Source: a virus
DNA length: 41,776 nt
Virus record (IMG/VR): IMGVR_UViG_3300045988_070752
Direction: 5' to 3' (one strand)
Part shown: positions 20,897 to 30,100 of the stretch, piece by piece
Layout: the number at the start of each line of letters is the position of its first letter
Numbering within the stretch: position 1 is the first letter of the stretch
The notes under the pieces: model-generated
Database searches by the model: none
Seen by the model: only the letters and a program-made list of their open reading frames with translations
What the model was told of the DNA's origin: nothing
Position numbers and translations under genes: made by a program

Positions 20897-20920
20897 AAAG
20901 AGGCGGTTTCCCGCCTCTTT
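20897..20920. terminator. Bidirectional terminator AAAGAGGCGG-tttc-CCGCCTCTTT
   Basis: Perfect 10-bp stem with A/T runs built into both arms, between the convergent integrase (+) and the last late gene (-). Confidence 0.85.
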
Positions 20921-21177
20921 TACATCTCATGCACCATCTGTTCTGTCTCGGCATATCTTCTCTTTACGTCTTCCGGTACTTCCCAGCCATGATTTTCGTA
21001 AATCCGCCAGAGCCTCTTCGCATGTTTCAGCTCTTCCCTGGCTGTTTCTCTTAACATGGCGGCGCACTCATGTCTTCCTTCTGCCCTTTCCACTTTTGAC
21101 ATCCGGATGTATTTGTCCACATCGTCCATTTCGTCTTCCAGGCTTTCCAATACTTTAATCTTATAATCTTCCATCAC
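20920..21177 (-). CDS. Hypothetical helical protein (85 aa)
   Basis: ORF-track ORF, last gene of the late transcript, next to the candidate attP. Confidence 0.5.
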   Translation of the reverse strand: MMEDYKIKVLESLEDEMDDVDKYIRMSKVERAEGRHECAAMLRETAREELKHAKRLWRIYENHGWEVPEDVKRRYAETEQMVHEM

Positions 21178-21524
21178 AGTTCTCCTTTGATATATTTTTT
21201 CATCAGGTCTGCATCTTCCGGTGTAAATGTAAAACTCCCTGATCCTTTAAACGGCAAGTCCACTTTTAAGTTTCCGTATTTTTCAAGTGATGCTTTCAGT
21301 CCGTCCAGAACTGCCTCTGCATCCACTTCTTTGTTGTCATTTACCGCACCAAGCATTTTTACATATGCATTGTCTCTCAGATTGCGAAATACATATTGTT
21401 TGTTTTTTACCGCCACAAACAGTGCGGTCGATGCGATGATCTGTTCTTTTAGCGGCATTTTTGTTAAGATTTCCTGATCTGCATATCTGACCAGTCCGTC
21501 CATGATTTGTTCTTCGGAGTACAT
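21174..21524 (-). CDS. Hypothetical protein (116 aa from the ATG at 21524)
   Basis: RBS GGAGAAAGGAAAAT-ATG. MYSEEQIMDGLVRYADQ... Confidence 0.5.
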   Translation of the reverse strand: MYSEEQIMDGLVRYADQEILTKMPLKEQIIASTALFVAVKNKQYVFRNLRDNAYVKMLGAVNDNKEVDAEAVLDGLKASLEKYGNLKVDLPFKGSGSFTFTPEDADLMKKYIKGEL

Positions 21525-21566
21525 ATTTTCCTTTCTCCGGTCAGCGGGGCTATTGCCCCGCATTCA

Positions 21567-22070
21567 TTAGCCGGTTGTGGTGGTCGATGTCGGCGCCGTC
21601 CAGGAATTATACCGGGACATAGGCTCCGGGCATACGCTGGTTGCCGGGATGACCACTTTTGTCAGATTGTTTAGAATGTTCTGGATGCACGCAATGCTGT
21701 TGTTGTTCGCAGCAATCGCAGAGGACATCTGCGCGTTTGCCACGGACTGATTTGCATTCCATGCCTGCTGCTCTCTCTGATCCTGATTGATGCGAGTGAT
21801 AAGACGCTCGTATACGTCAGCGATCTTTACTTCTGTGTTCTGTTCGGATTTCAGTAGTGCGATCTCTGCGTCCTTTGCGGCAATCACACTCTGCTGCTCC
21901 ATCTCAAACTTTGTGATCGGCTGATTGCATGTACCATCCATCATGCCGCCGTTCATAAGTCTTCCTCCTGCTCCCAGTGTCAGAAGACCGCTGAGAGTTG
22001 CCCCAACGATGCCCGTTGCCAGGGCACCGTTTGCTTTTGCGTTCGATGCATATTCGTATCCCATAAGCAC
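21567..22070 (-). CDS. Hypothetical membrane-anchored coiled-coil protein (167 aa)
   Basis: Gly/Ala-rich hydrophobic N-terminus (GALATGIVGATLSGLLTLGAGG), Q/N-rich coiled coil, Thr-rich C-terminus. Confidence 0.5.
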   Translation of the reverse strand: MLMGYEYASNAKANGALATGIVGATLSGLLTLGAGGRLMNGGMMDGTCNQPITKFEMEQQSVIAAKDAEIALLKSEQNTEVKIADVYERLITRINQDQREQQAWNANQSVANAQMSSAIAANNNSIACIQNILNNLTKVVIPATSVCPEPMSRYNSWTAPTSTTTTG

Positions 22071-22088
22071 CCTCCTTTCATATTTCTA

Positions 22089-22382
22089 TCATACTTTATT
22101 TTGGATTGTGCTTTTGTCCGTGTTCTGTTCGTATTTGTAACCTATCACCGCCAGCCGGAGAAGCTCTTCCATATGTCTTGATACAACAATACCCAAGAGG
22201 TATTCATATCTCCTCTTGGGTATCATAGTGTCCTGGTAATGAAATGTGCTGTCCCCGTAGTGCTTTGACATGCTGTCGATGATCTTCTTGTGATCCTCTC
22301 CAAATCCCAGGTCGTTCCTCATATGGTTTTTAAAGTTTTCCGGTAGCGGATGCATGTAAATTTCATTTACAAATGCTTTCAC
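22089..22382 (-). CDS. Hypothetical protein (97 aa)
   Basis: ORF-track ORF directly after the endolysin. No family recognised. Confidence 0.5.
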   Translation of the reverse strand: MKAFVNEIYMHPLPENFKNHMRNDLGFGEDHKKIIDSMSKHYGDSTFHYQDTMIPKRRYEYLLGIVVSRHMEELLRLAVIGYKYEQNTDKSTIQNKV

Positions 22383-22394
22383 CGCTTATCTCCT

Positions 22395-23012
22395 TTATTT
22401 TCCTAATGCTTTCCACGTCTTTTCTCCGACGATCCCGTCCGCTACAAGTCCTTTGTTGTTCTGGTATTCGATCACCGCTTTCTTCGTTGCTTTCCCGAAG
22501 ATTCCGTCTGCCGCTCCGCACGGGAAGCCCTCCTCTGTCAGCAGCCTCTGGAGTTCCTTGACATCATCCCCTCTGCTTCCGTTTTTCAGTGTTCTGTTTC
22601 CCCCGGACAGGAATAATGCTCTTTCCGCCTGTCTTCTCCTTGTCAGGCCTGCCAGAACTCTTCCTCCGGCCTTGTTGTATTCCAGAATCTTCTTTGCCAC
22701 CTGATCTTTATTTCTTCCTGATACCAGCTTTTTCAGGTTTCCATCTCCGCAGTTAAAAGCAAACGAAACAAGAGCATCGAACTGATTCTGATTCATTTCA
22801 AAAGGTGTATACCTTGTTACATTCCTTTCAAACCATGTCAGGTCTGCTTTCAGCAGTTCTTCCGCAAATCCCTGAGATATCACTTGCCCTTTTTTTACAT
22901 CGCCGGTGTGGCCGTATCCGATCGTGAGTACCCCTACGCTGTCTCTGTACGCCTGTAACCTGCATCCTTCAAAGCTTTTGATTAATGCGATCCCTTTACT
23001 GCTCGTTTTCAT
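22395..23012 (-). CDS. Endolysin: GH24 (T4-type) lysozyme plus a C-terminal PG_binding_1 domain
   Basis: IKSFEGCRLQAYRDSVGVLTIGYGHT (E/D/T catalytic pattern), then a C-terminal GSRGDDVKELQRLL...ADGIFGKATKKAV..YQ...GL.ADGIVG..TW repeat. RBS GGAGG before the ATG at 23012. Confidence 0.9.
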   Translation of the reverse strand: MKTSSKGIALIKSFEGCRLQAYRDSVGVLTIGYGHTGDVKKGQVISQGFAEELLKADLTWFERNVTRYTPFEMNQNQFDALVSFAFNCGDGNLKKLVSGRNKDQVAKKILEYNKAGGRVLAGLTRRRQAERALFLSGGNRTLKNGSRGDDVKELQRLLTEEGFPCGAADGIFGKATKKAVIEYQNNKGLVADGIVGEKTWKALGK

Positions 23013-23232
23013 CCGGCACCTCCGGAATTCCCGCAATGCTTGTCAGTACCGACACAATTCCTGTCAGCACTGCTGCGCTTACCGCCATCCCCCAGCTGAC
23101 ATCCTCCATGACAGATGCCGCTCCGATCGTAACCACTGCCGTCTGTGCCATGGTCTTCACGGCTCTTACTGCTGCCGCTTTTACCCATTTTTTTGTATCC
23201 ACAGATACTTTAAATACGCAATTTTTAAACAT
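22996..23232 (-). CDS. Holin (78 aa)
   Basis: Start at the internal ATG at 23232 (RBS GAGGAGG; 1 nt after the upstream stop). Two hydrophobic helices (TMAQTAVVTIGAA / GMAVSAAVLTGIVSVLTSIAG) and an acidic C-terminus. Directly upstream of the endolysin. Confidence 0.65.
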   Translation of the reverse strand: MFKNCVFKVSVDTKKWVKAAAVRAVKTMAQTAVVTIGAASVMEDVSWGMAVSAAVLTGIVSVLTSIAGIPEVPDENEQ

Positions 23233-23233
23233 C

Positions 23234-23719
23234 TTATACCTCCTCTGCGAAAGTCCAGTCTTCCGCCAGCATGTCTGCCTGACTTGCGAGCCATCCCATC
23301 TGTACTCCTGATGTTCCCACAAATGCGATCGCCCTGTTCCCAATGTCCTTATGTTCGCAGTTTGCAATCTCTCCTTCCGGTGTTTTGTAGGAAATTCCTT
23401 TCGCAAGCTGGATGTACTGGTTTTTCCCGTTCCATCCCTTTCTTTTTACTTTTACGCCTCGTTTTAAATATGTAATTGCATTTTCGAACCCGAAACAATA
23501 GTTATCTCTTCTTTCTCTCGGTTCCCAGCTTCCATCGAGTACATCGTCTATGAAGTTTTCAAGAGCATACCCTTTTACTTCTTCCCCTTCTCCAAGATGA
23601 CCATCCCACATGATCTTTTCGTTTTCCCTGTCGTACCAATACGTGCGTACCTTTCCGTTTTTACAAGTTACCTTTTCTCCCCTGCAAAACATTTCCCATC
23701 TTACTGCGCTAAAATCCAT
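23234..23719 (-). CDS. DUF2829 (Tad2-like) domain protein with a ~77-aa N-terminal extension
   Basis: The C-terminal ~85 aa FENAITYLKRGVKVKRKGWNGKNQYIQL...MGWLASQADMLAEDWTF fits the DUF2829 signature (A..al..Gk.v.R.GW.gk ... W..sq.D.lA.DW). Confidence 0.65.
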   Translation of the reverse strand: MDFSAVRWEMFCRGEKVTCKNGKVRTYWYDRENEKIMWDGHLGEGEEVKGYALENFIDDVLDGSWEPRERRDNYCFGFENAITYLKRGVKVKRKGWNGKNQYIQLAKGISYKTPEGEIANCEHKDIGNRAIAFVGTSGVQMGWLASQADMLAEDWTFAEEV

Positions 23720-23734
23720 CTTTTTTTCTCCTTT

Positions 23735-24031
23735 CTACATTCCAATCTGTTTTGTGATATATCCGAACACTGCGCCGATCAGCAGCGTTACGACATATCC
23801 TACTACCTTTCGCCACATTTCCCCGTCTTTTGCTTCCAGCGCTTCCAGCCGGTCATTGGCTCTTTGCTGCTCTGTCATCATGTTCTTCATGTTTACTGCC
23901 AGGTCTCGCACGGATAACGCCAGATTCTGGATCGTCTTGCTGTTCTCCTCCTGCTCATCCATTCGATGCTTTAATGATCCAATCTCTTCTTTGTGTTTTG
24001 CAAGAGAAACAGCGATCTCTTCACTTGTCAC
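23735..24031 (-). CDS. XhlA-like (haemolysin XhlA family) lysis-associated membrane protein
   Basis: 98 aa. N-terminal coiled coil and one C-terminal TM (WRKVVGYVVTLLIGAVFGYI). GTG start 8 nt after AGGAGG. First gene of the lysis cassette. Confidence 0.55.
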   Translation of the reverse strand: MTSEEIAVSLAKHKEEIGSLKHRMDEQEENSKTIQNLALSVRDLAVNMKNMMTEQQRANDRLEALEAKDGEMWRKVVGYVVTLLIGAVFGYITKQIGM

Positions 24032-24109
24032 ATCTGCGTCCTCCTTTGTGTTCCCTTTTCATCATTCTAGCAGATGTTTTTTTTCTTTTCTCCCTCTTAG
24101 GTGTGGAAA

Positions 24110-24131
24110 ATGAGCGGATTTCTCCGCCCAT
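24110..24131 (-). terminator. Probable (leaky) terminator after the giant gene
   Basis: ATGaGCGGA-tttc-TCCGCcCAT stem (one mismatch) with TTTT following on both strands. 6 nt after the stop at 24137. Confidence 0.45.
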
Positions 24132-24136
24132 TTTCT

Positions 24137-27100
24137 TTATTCCAGCCATCCTCTAATTGTTTGCGTGTCCACTCCGAAGTCTCTTAGCAAATCGGAATAC
24201 TTTTTCGTGAGCCTGTCGTTTCCTCTGCTGTTCAGATATGCTGTTTTTAATCTGGACTTCATGGAGGTTTTTATTGCGGAATCTTCTTTTCCGTATTTTT
24301 TCAACCCTTGTTCTATTTCCTTATACTTTTTGCCGTTTTTCCCTTCTGTGGATACCAGAGCATTGAACAGTGCATCGTAGCTATACTCCGTTCCCCCTGT
24401 TGCCTTAGCCTTGGCATTTTGCTCTTTTAAAAGGTTTTTCTGGAAGTCCTCCTCTTTTTCCCCGGCTTCTTTCAGCTGCTTTTTGTATGTGTTCTGCGCC
24501 TGTGTATCATTGTTTTGGGTCGCCATGTAAAGTAAGGTGTATAGTTCTGCTGTGTTGTCTTCCTTCTGCAGGTCTTCCGGCGTTACTTCTGACACTTCGT
24601 ATTCTTCTTCCTGCTTTTCCTCGTCTTCAATCTGATCCAGCGCTGTATTAATGTCTATGCCCTTGCTCTTCAATTCTTCTGACGCGGATTTGAATGTTTC
24701 CATGTCGTTGTTTTTGTATGCCTCTGTTATTTCCTTCTGCAAGCCTTCATCTGCTTCCAGCAGTCCCTCGTCCCTTTTCTTCTTCCATTTCTTGTACGCA
24801 CTGTCAAGTTTTTCTTTGGTGTTCCCGGCTTTTTGCAGATCGTTATAGATGGCTGCTGCTGTTTTGTAATCCCCCTCTTCCCTTGCTCTTCCGTAAAGTC
24901 CGATGAACATGTTTGTGTTTTTCGGATTTCCAGCTCTGTAAAATGTTTTTTTGATCTCATACTCGGCTTTCGCAGTTTCGTTCCCTGTGATCTTGCGATA
25001 GTTCCATGCAATCAAGTCCGCCAGGCTTTCAAACTCTCTGAGCGTGGAGTTTATTGGCATTCCCGACAACTCACTGATCGGTTTCATGGATTCTCTCACA
25101 AGCCCTGCTGCCGTATACTTTGATTCTCCCTGGAAGTATTTGATCCATTTCTGTAATCCCTGCACTGAATCCGTGATACCTGTCATTTCCGTTCTTTCTG
25201 CCGAGTATCCCTTCCATATCGAAGGTATCTCCTTTAAGTATGGAATGTATGTAAGCGGATTCATGTTGTCTTTGAAATTATCTTTCCATGTGTCTACATC
25301 CACCCATGCTGTTTCATCGTCATCATCTCTCCATACATCCGCCAGCGTCTGCGCCAGTGCGTTCACCGCATTTTGTATTGTCAGGATCACCAACAGCTTT
25401 GCCATGCTCTTTGCGACTTCCTTCTTCCCTCCCGGCGTGTTCATTAGCGTGTCGTAGACCATGTTGTAGGTTTTTATCGGCTCCGACATAAAGGATGTTG
25501 CCATTTTTGTTGCATTATCCTTCTGGATCATTACGCTTGACCTGTGCAGGATAGAATCCACAACCTGTGTCCGGTCGATGATTTCGGAAAACCTCTTTCC
25601 TGCTGCCTGATAGAATTCTTCCGACCCCGGTTTTAGGTCTGTTTTATCCTTCGTTTCGTACAATACCGCATTCCAGATTTTCCCCCAGGTGAAGTCATCA
25701 GCCATTCCTGCCGGCGCCATTGCCTTGTCTTTTAACGATTCTTTTCCGAGGATAACATCCTTCATCTGCCGTCCGGTGTCCATCTCAAAATATCCCCAGT
25801 CTTTCCACTGTGCTATCGGTGCATACTTCTTCATCTGGTCTCCGTCCGCTTTTTTTGCCATTCCCTTCATCAGGTACTTTGCATCAATCACCGTTGCTGC
25901 CCTCACAATCGCCGTCGGCTGCTGCAATACAACCCTTAAGTTCGCCCCGATTGCCGCGGACTTCATGTTTGATGTCAGACTTGACCATATCTGTTTTGCC
26001 GTTTCCTTCTCGGCTACTCCGTTTATTCTCCGCACTAAGGTGTCCAGATATGCTCTTCCGTTTTGTCCCATCGTTCTTGTTATGGTCTGTTTTACAGATT
26101 TTTTGTACTTCGTTATCGTAGGATCTCCTCTGTAGTTGTACCACTTCTGCAGGTCTGTTAACGGCACCACAAATGCATTGTAGCTTGCCATCTGGTCGGA
26201 CTGCCTTGCATATACATCAAAAATATCCTGTAATATGATCGGGTTTCCTGCATGCGGCACGGTCGCTTTTGTACTTCCCATGTTTTTCAAGGTCTGTACA
26301 CTTCCTTGCTGGTCTCCGCTTGCCGAATTCGTAAAACTGTTATCTGAAACGATCGGGAAATAGTTTCTTGCCATGAATTTCCTGTATCCGTACAACTGCA
26401 TGGATACTTCGTTTCCCCAGGCGGATGTTGTCGAAGTGAAGAAATCCGTGATTCCATCAGCAATCCTTTTCTGCTCCGGCGTCAGTGTGTCTATGATGTT
26501 CAGCAGGTCTTTTTCGGTTACCCGTATCGGTTCATAGTATCTTGTAACTTCTTTTTTGAGCTTCCCTGCTTTTGTTATGGTTTTTTCTGGCCTTATTCCT
26601 CCTTCCAAAATGTGTTTCTTTGCCTGGTCTCTCTGTAGCAATCTGTACAGGCTCATGACTTGTGCTGTTGTGAGTTTTAACTCTTTCCTTCCCTCGGTTT
26701 CGAATTCGTGCAGCTTCGCCTTGTCTCCCGACCACTCTGATATATCTGTTTCTCCCATCAGATTTTTGATGTAGTCGTGCGCAATTTTGATATTTCTCGT
26801 TTTTTTATCCAGCCCGTTTCTCAATGCCCCGTATATGTCCATTCCAGCTTTTCCCATGGAATTGAAATACGTTCTTGAATCCAGCATATCCAGCTTCATG
26901 AAGTTTCTTGCTGTATTTACGGTTCTGTATACACTTTCCTTTGCACTTTCTTTTTTCTCGTTTTCTTCCAGGAACTTCTCTCCCAGATCCGACACTCTCT
27001 TGTAGTTCTCTGTTGCAAGCAATGTGTTTGTGCTTTCGATGGATTTTTTCACAGCTGTTATCAACCGGTTCAGTTCCTTCATGTCCTGCACGGTCATGTC

Positions 27101-30100
27101 TGCAAGCATTACCTCTTTGTTCTTTTCCGTCAGATCGTTCAACATATTTACCAGATCCGGATCCAGATCTATAAATTGTCCCGTGTATTCTGACTTGTCC
27201 TGCGCCTTGATGATATTCTCATATGCTCTCGATAGAGCCTGCCATTTAAGCGTTCTCTGCGTAGGATTCCCGTACACGTTTACATCCTTGCTGCTTAAAT
27301 TGATGGAATTTAAGAACTCCGCCACCGGTCCCCGTAAGCTCTCCGGAACGCTGTTGGTGTTCGTTGGATTCAAAAGCCATCTGCTTAATCTGTTTGCTGT
27401 CTGTTCGATGTTTTTCGAATAGGCTTTCTTTTCAAAATTCTCTTTTCTTCTCTGCGCAAAATTCCCTCTGTACTCCTCTCTGTACTTTTTGTAATCATCC
27501 CGCATTTTCTCCCTGTATTTCTGGTATTTCAACCGCTCTTTTTCTATCACATTCTTTCTGATCGAATCAATAGAGCCTTTTCCTGCTGCAATATCAAAAT
27601 ACGACTGATAGATTTCATGCGCCAGATCTGCCGCCGCTTCATCAAGATCCATTCCAAATGCATTTTCATACTTCGGCTTTATACTCTCCATTACTTCCGC
27701 TATGTGCATGAGCTGATCCGCAGGGTTGGTGTATATAGTTTCGTCAAACAGCTCCGGGTATCTTTCTGCCAAGGACTGGTAGAAAGAATCAATGCTCTGC
27801 CCTTCTTTTCCCAGCTTTAACGTTCCGAAATTTCTCTTTCGGAATTCTGCATATCCTCCTTCCCGGTCGAAATCTCCCCTCATCTCTTCCGGCACTTCCA
27901 ACTTGATCTGTCTTACCTCTTTTGCCAGATCTTTATACTGCTCTGCGTATCTCTCGTTTACATTTACCTTTGCGTGTTCCAGGATTCCCTTTGCCATATC
28001 CGCCGTGGCTATTGCTACCTGCTCGGCATCTATGTTTTTGGATCCTGATATATACTTCCATATGCCGGTCATATTTCTTGTAAATGTATCCAGATTATAA
28101 TCTGAGTTATAGTCTTTCAGAATTTTCTTTCCGACCTTCTTTATTGCCTCCTGATCCGGTTCTATTCCCTTTGTGGCCTTTATCATCCCTCCCAATATGC
28201 TGTTTAATTCTTTCAGGTCCTTGTTTTCCGCTTTCAGTGTATCGTAGTCTACTTCGGATGTGTCCTCCATCTGGTATCGCAGATCCTCTTTTCCGTCTTC
28301 CTGCATGGAAAATTTCACATCTTTCAGGCTGTTCAAGATTTCTTTTCTCTGGTTCTCATTTCCTTTCTCGTATTCAAGAATCTGTGCATTTCCGGATACT
28401 TTTTCAATATTCCTTCTCGTTGTCTCCGATGTAGAATCCGGAACCACCCAATATGCCACTTCATCGTATCCGATCACGCGCTGCGGCTTCGCTTCAAACA
28501 TATCTACAGGCATCTCTTTGACGCCTTTTATTATGTTCGAAAATTCCTTCGCCTGTGCATCTGTGATTTCCCATCCGTTTTTCTCAAAAACCTTCTTCAC
28601 ATTTCCCTGTGTCGGATTTTTTGACGCATCAAGGATCGTTTCTCCTATGCGGTTCATGGCATCCGCATGATTGAACAGATCCTTCTCTTTCCCCGCAACT
28701 TCTTCCATCGTGGATGCTAATCTGCTTTCCAGTGCGTTCAGTTCTTTTCTGTATCCTTCCGCATCCGTGCTCTGCAGCCTGCTTCTGCTCCTTTTGATAT
28801 CATCTATGCTCTTAAATTCATCTGCTGCCGCTGCTCTTACAGTTTTGATTCCAAGGAATCCGATTGTATTTTTTACATCGTCCGATTGTGCAATCATTGC
28901 CTTTACAATGTTCTCTGCATTGTAAGCATAATGGGTAGAATCGAAGCTCCTTCTGTTTCCCGAACGCGTAAACGGATCCTTTCCGTTCCACAGGCCAGAT
29001 TTTTCCTCGATTCCAGAAAAAATGTCCCTTACCCATTTTTCATAATCAGATTTATTTATTCTGTCATCTGTTTTCTTATTTGTTCCTGTCCAGTCTTCTT
29101 CCCTTTTTACCTCTATTCCGCCATTCTCTTTGAAGTTTCTTGCTTTTCTTACCTGACTTGCGATTTCAAATCCGGTCGTTGCATCTACTACAGATTTTGC
29201 GGTTTCCTCACCTATCCCCTGCTCCAAGTAGTAATCCATCAATGCTTTCCTGATCTGGTCTCCGTATTTCGAAACCATTTCTGACTTTTTCTCTTTTGCA
29301 ATATTATCAATATCATTTCCGAAAACATCTATCAGTTTTTGTGATATCTCTCTATCAACCTCCTTCATTTCCGTTCGTGTTTCTTTGTATTCTACGTCTA
29401 CACTCTCTCCTTTATCCGTCAGGTATGCTGCTTTCATATTGTTATCCCGCAGCGCTTTTTGTACCGTTCCCTCATATCCTCCGTAGTCATCCAGATTGTA
29501 TTCCAGGCCAGCTGCAAACGATTTAACTTTTCTTCCGATTTCCGGGTTCATTTTATCTGCGATCCCGTTTATCCTGTCCTGTGCTTTTCTTGCGGCTTCA
29601 TAGTTTGCTTCATATTCGATTCGCGGGAATGTTGGCGTCCAAGCATCCGCAGAATACACCTTGTTCTTTTTGTTCACCGGATCAATGGTATCTTTCGTGA
29701 ACACAACAGAAATGTCGCCGAAATCGCTATGTCCTATGTCCGTTTTTGTTACGGCTATGGAAATCATAGGGAATCCTTCTAATTCCAGCTGCTTATTTAA
29801 TTTATCTTCCGTGATATTGTGCACGGCAATTAAATCTTTTGTCTCTTCCACGTCTTCCTTTAGACTAAAGGATTTCTTGATTTCGCCACCGGTCACAGAA
29901 TTCGCCGGTGTTTTCTGCCCTGCCCGCCTTGCATCCTGCATGGCTTCCAGCCAGATCTTCTCCGCTTTCTGTGCCGCTTCCAGGCTCTCATTGAGCATCT
30001 GGGCCTCTTTGCTCTTTGGTTCGTATCCTGTGAGCATTTCTTTCAGGTTCGAAATGAACTCCTTGAAGAAGTCCAGAATCTTTTCTCCGATTGATTTGTT

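Noticed and set aside
22996-23406. The 136-aa form of the holin ORF, and other over-extended or overlapping ORF-track entries (37393..37782, 6805..7125, 6021..6524, 12448..12651, 13782..13988, 15569..15880, 24727..25011)
   Set aside because: The N-terminal extension of the holin ORF overlaps the DUF2829 gene out of frame and lacks an RBS, whereas the internal ATG at 23232 has GAGGAGG. The others lie inside better-supported genes in alternative frames, with basic or low-complexity translations.
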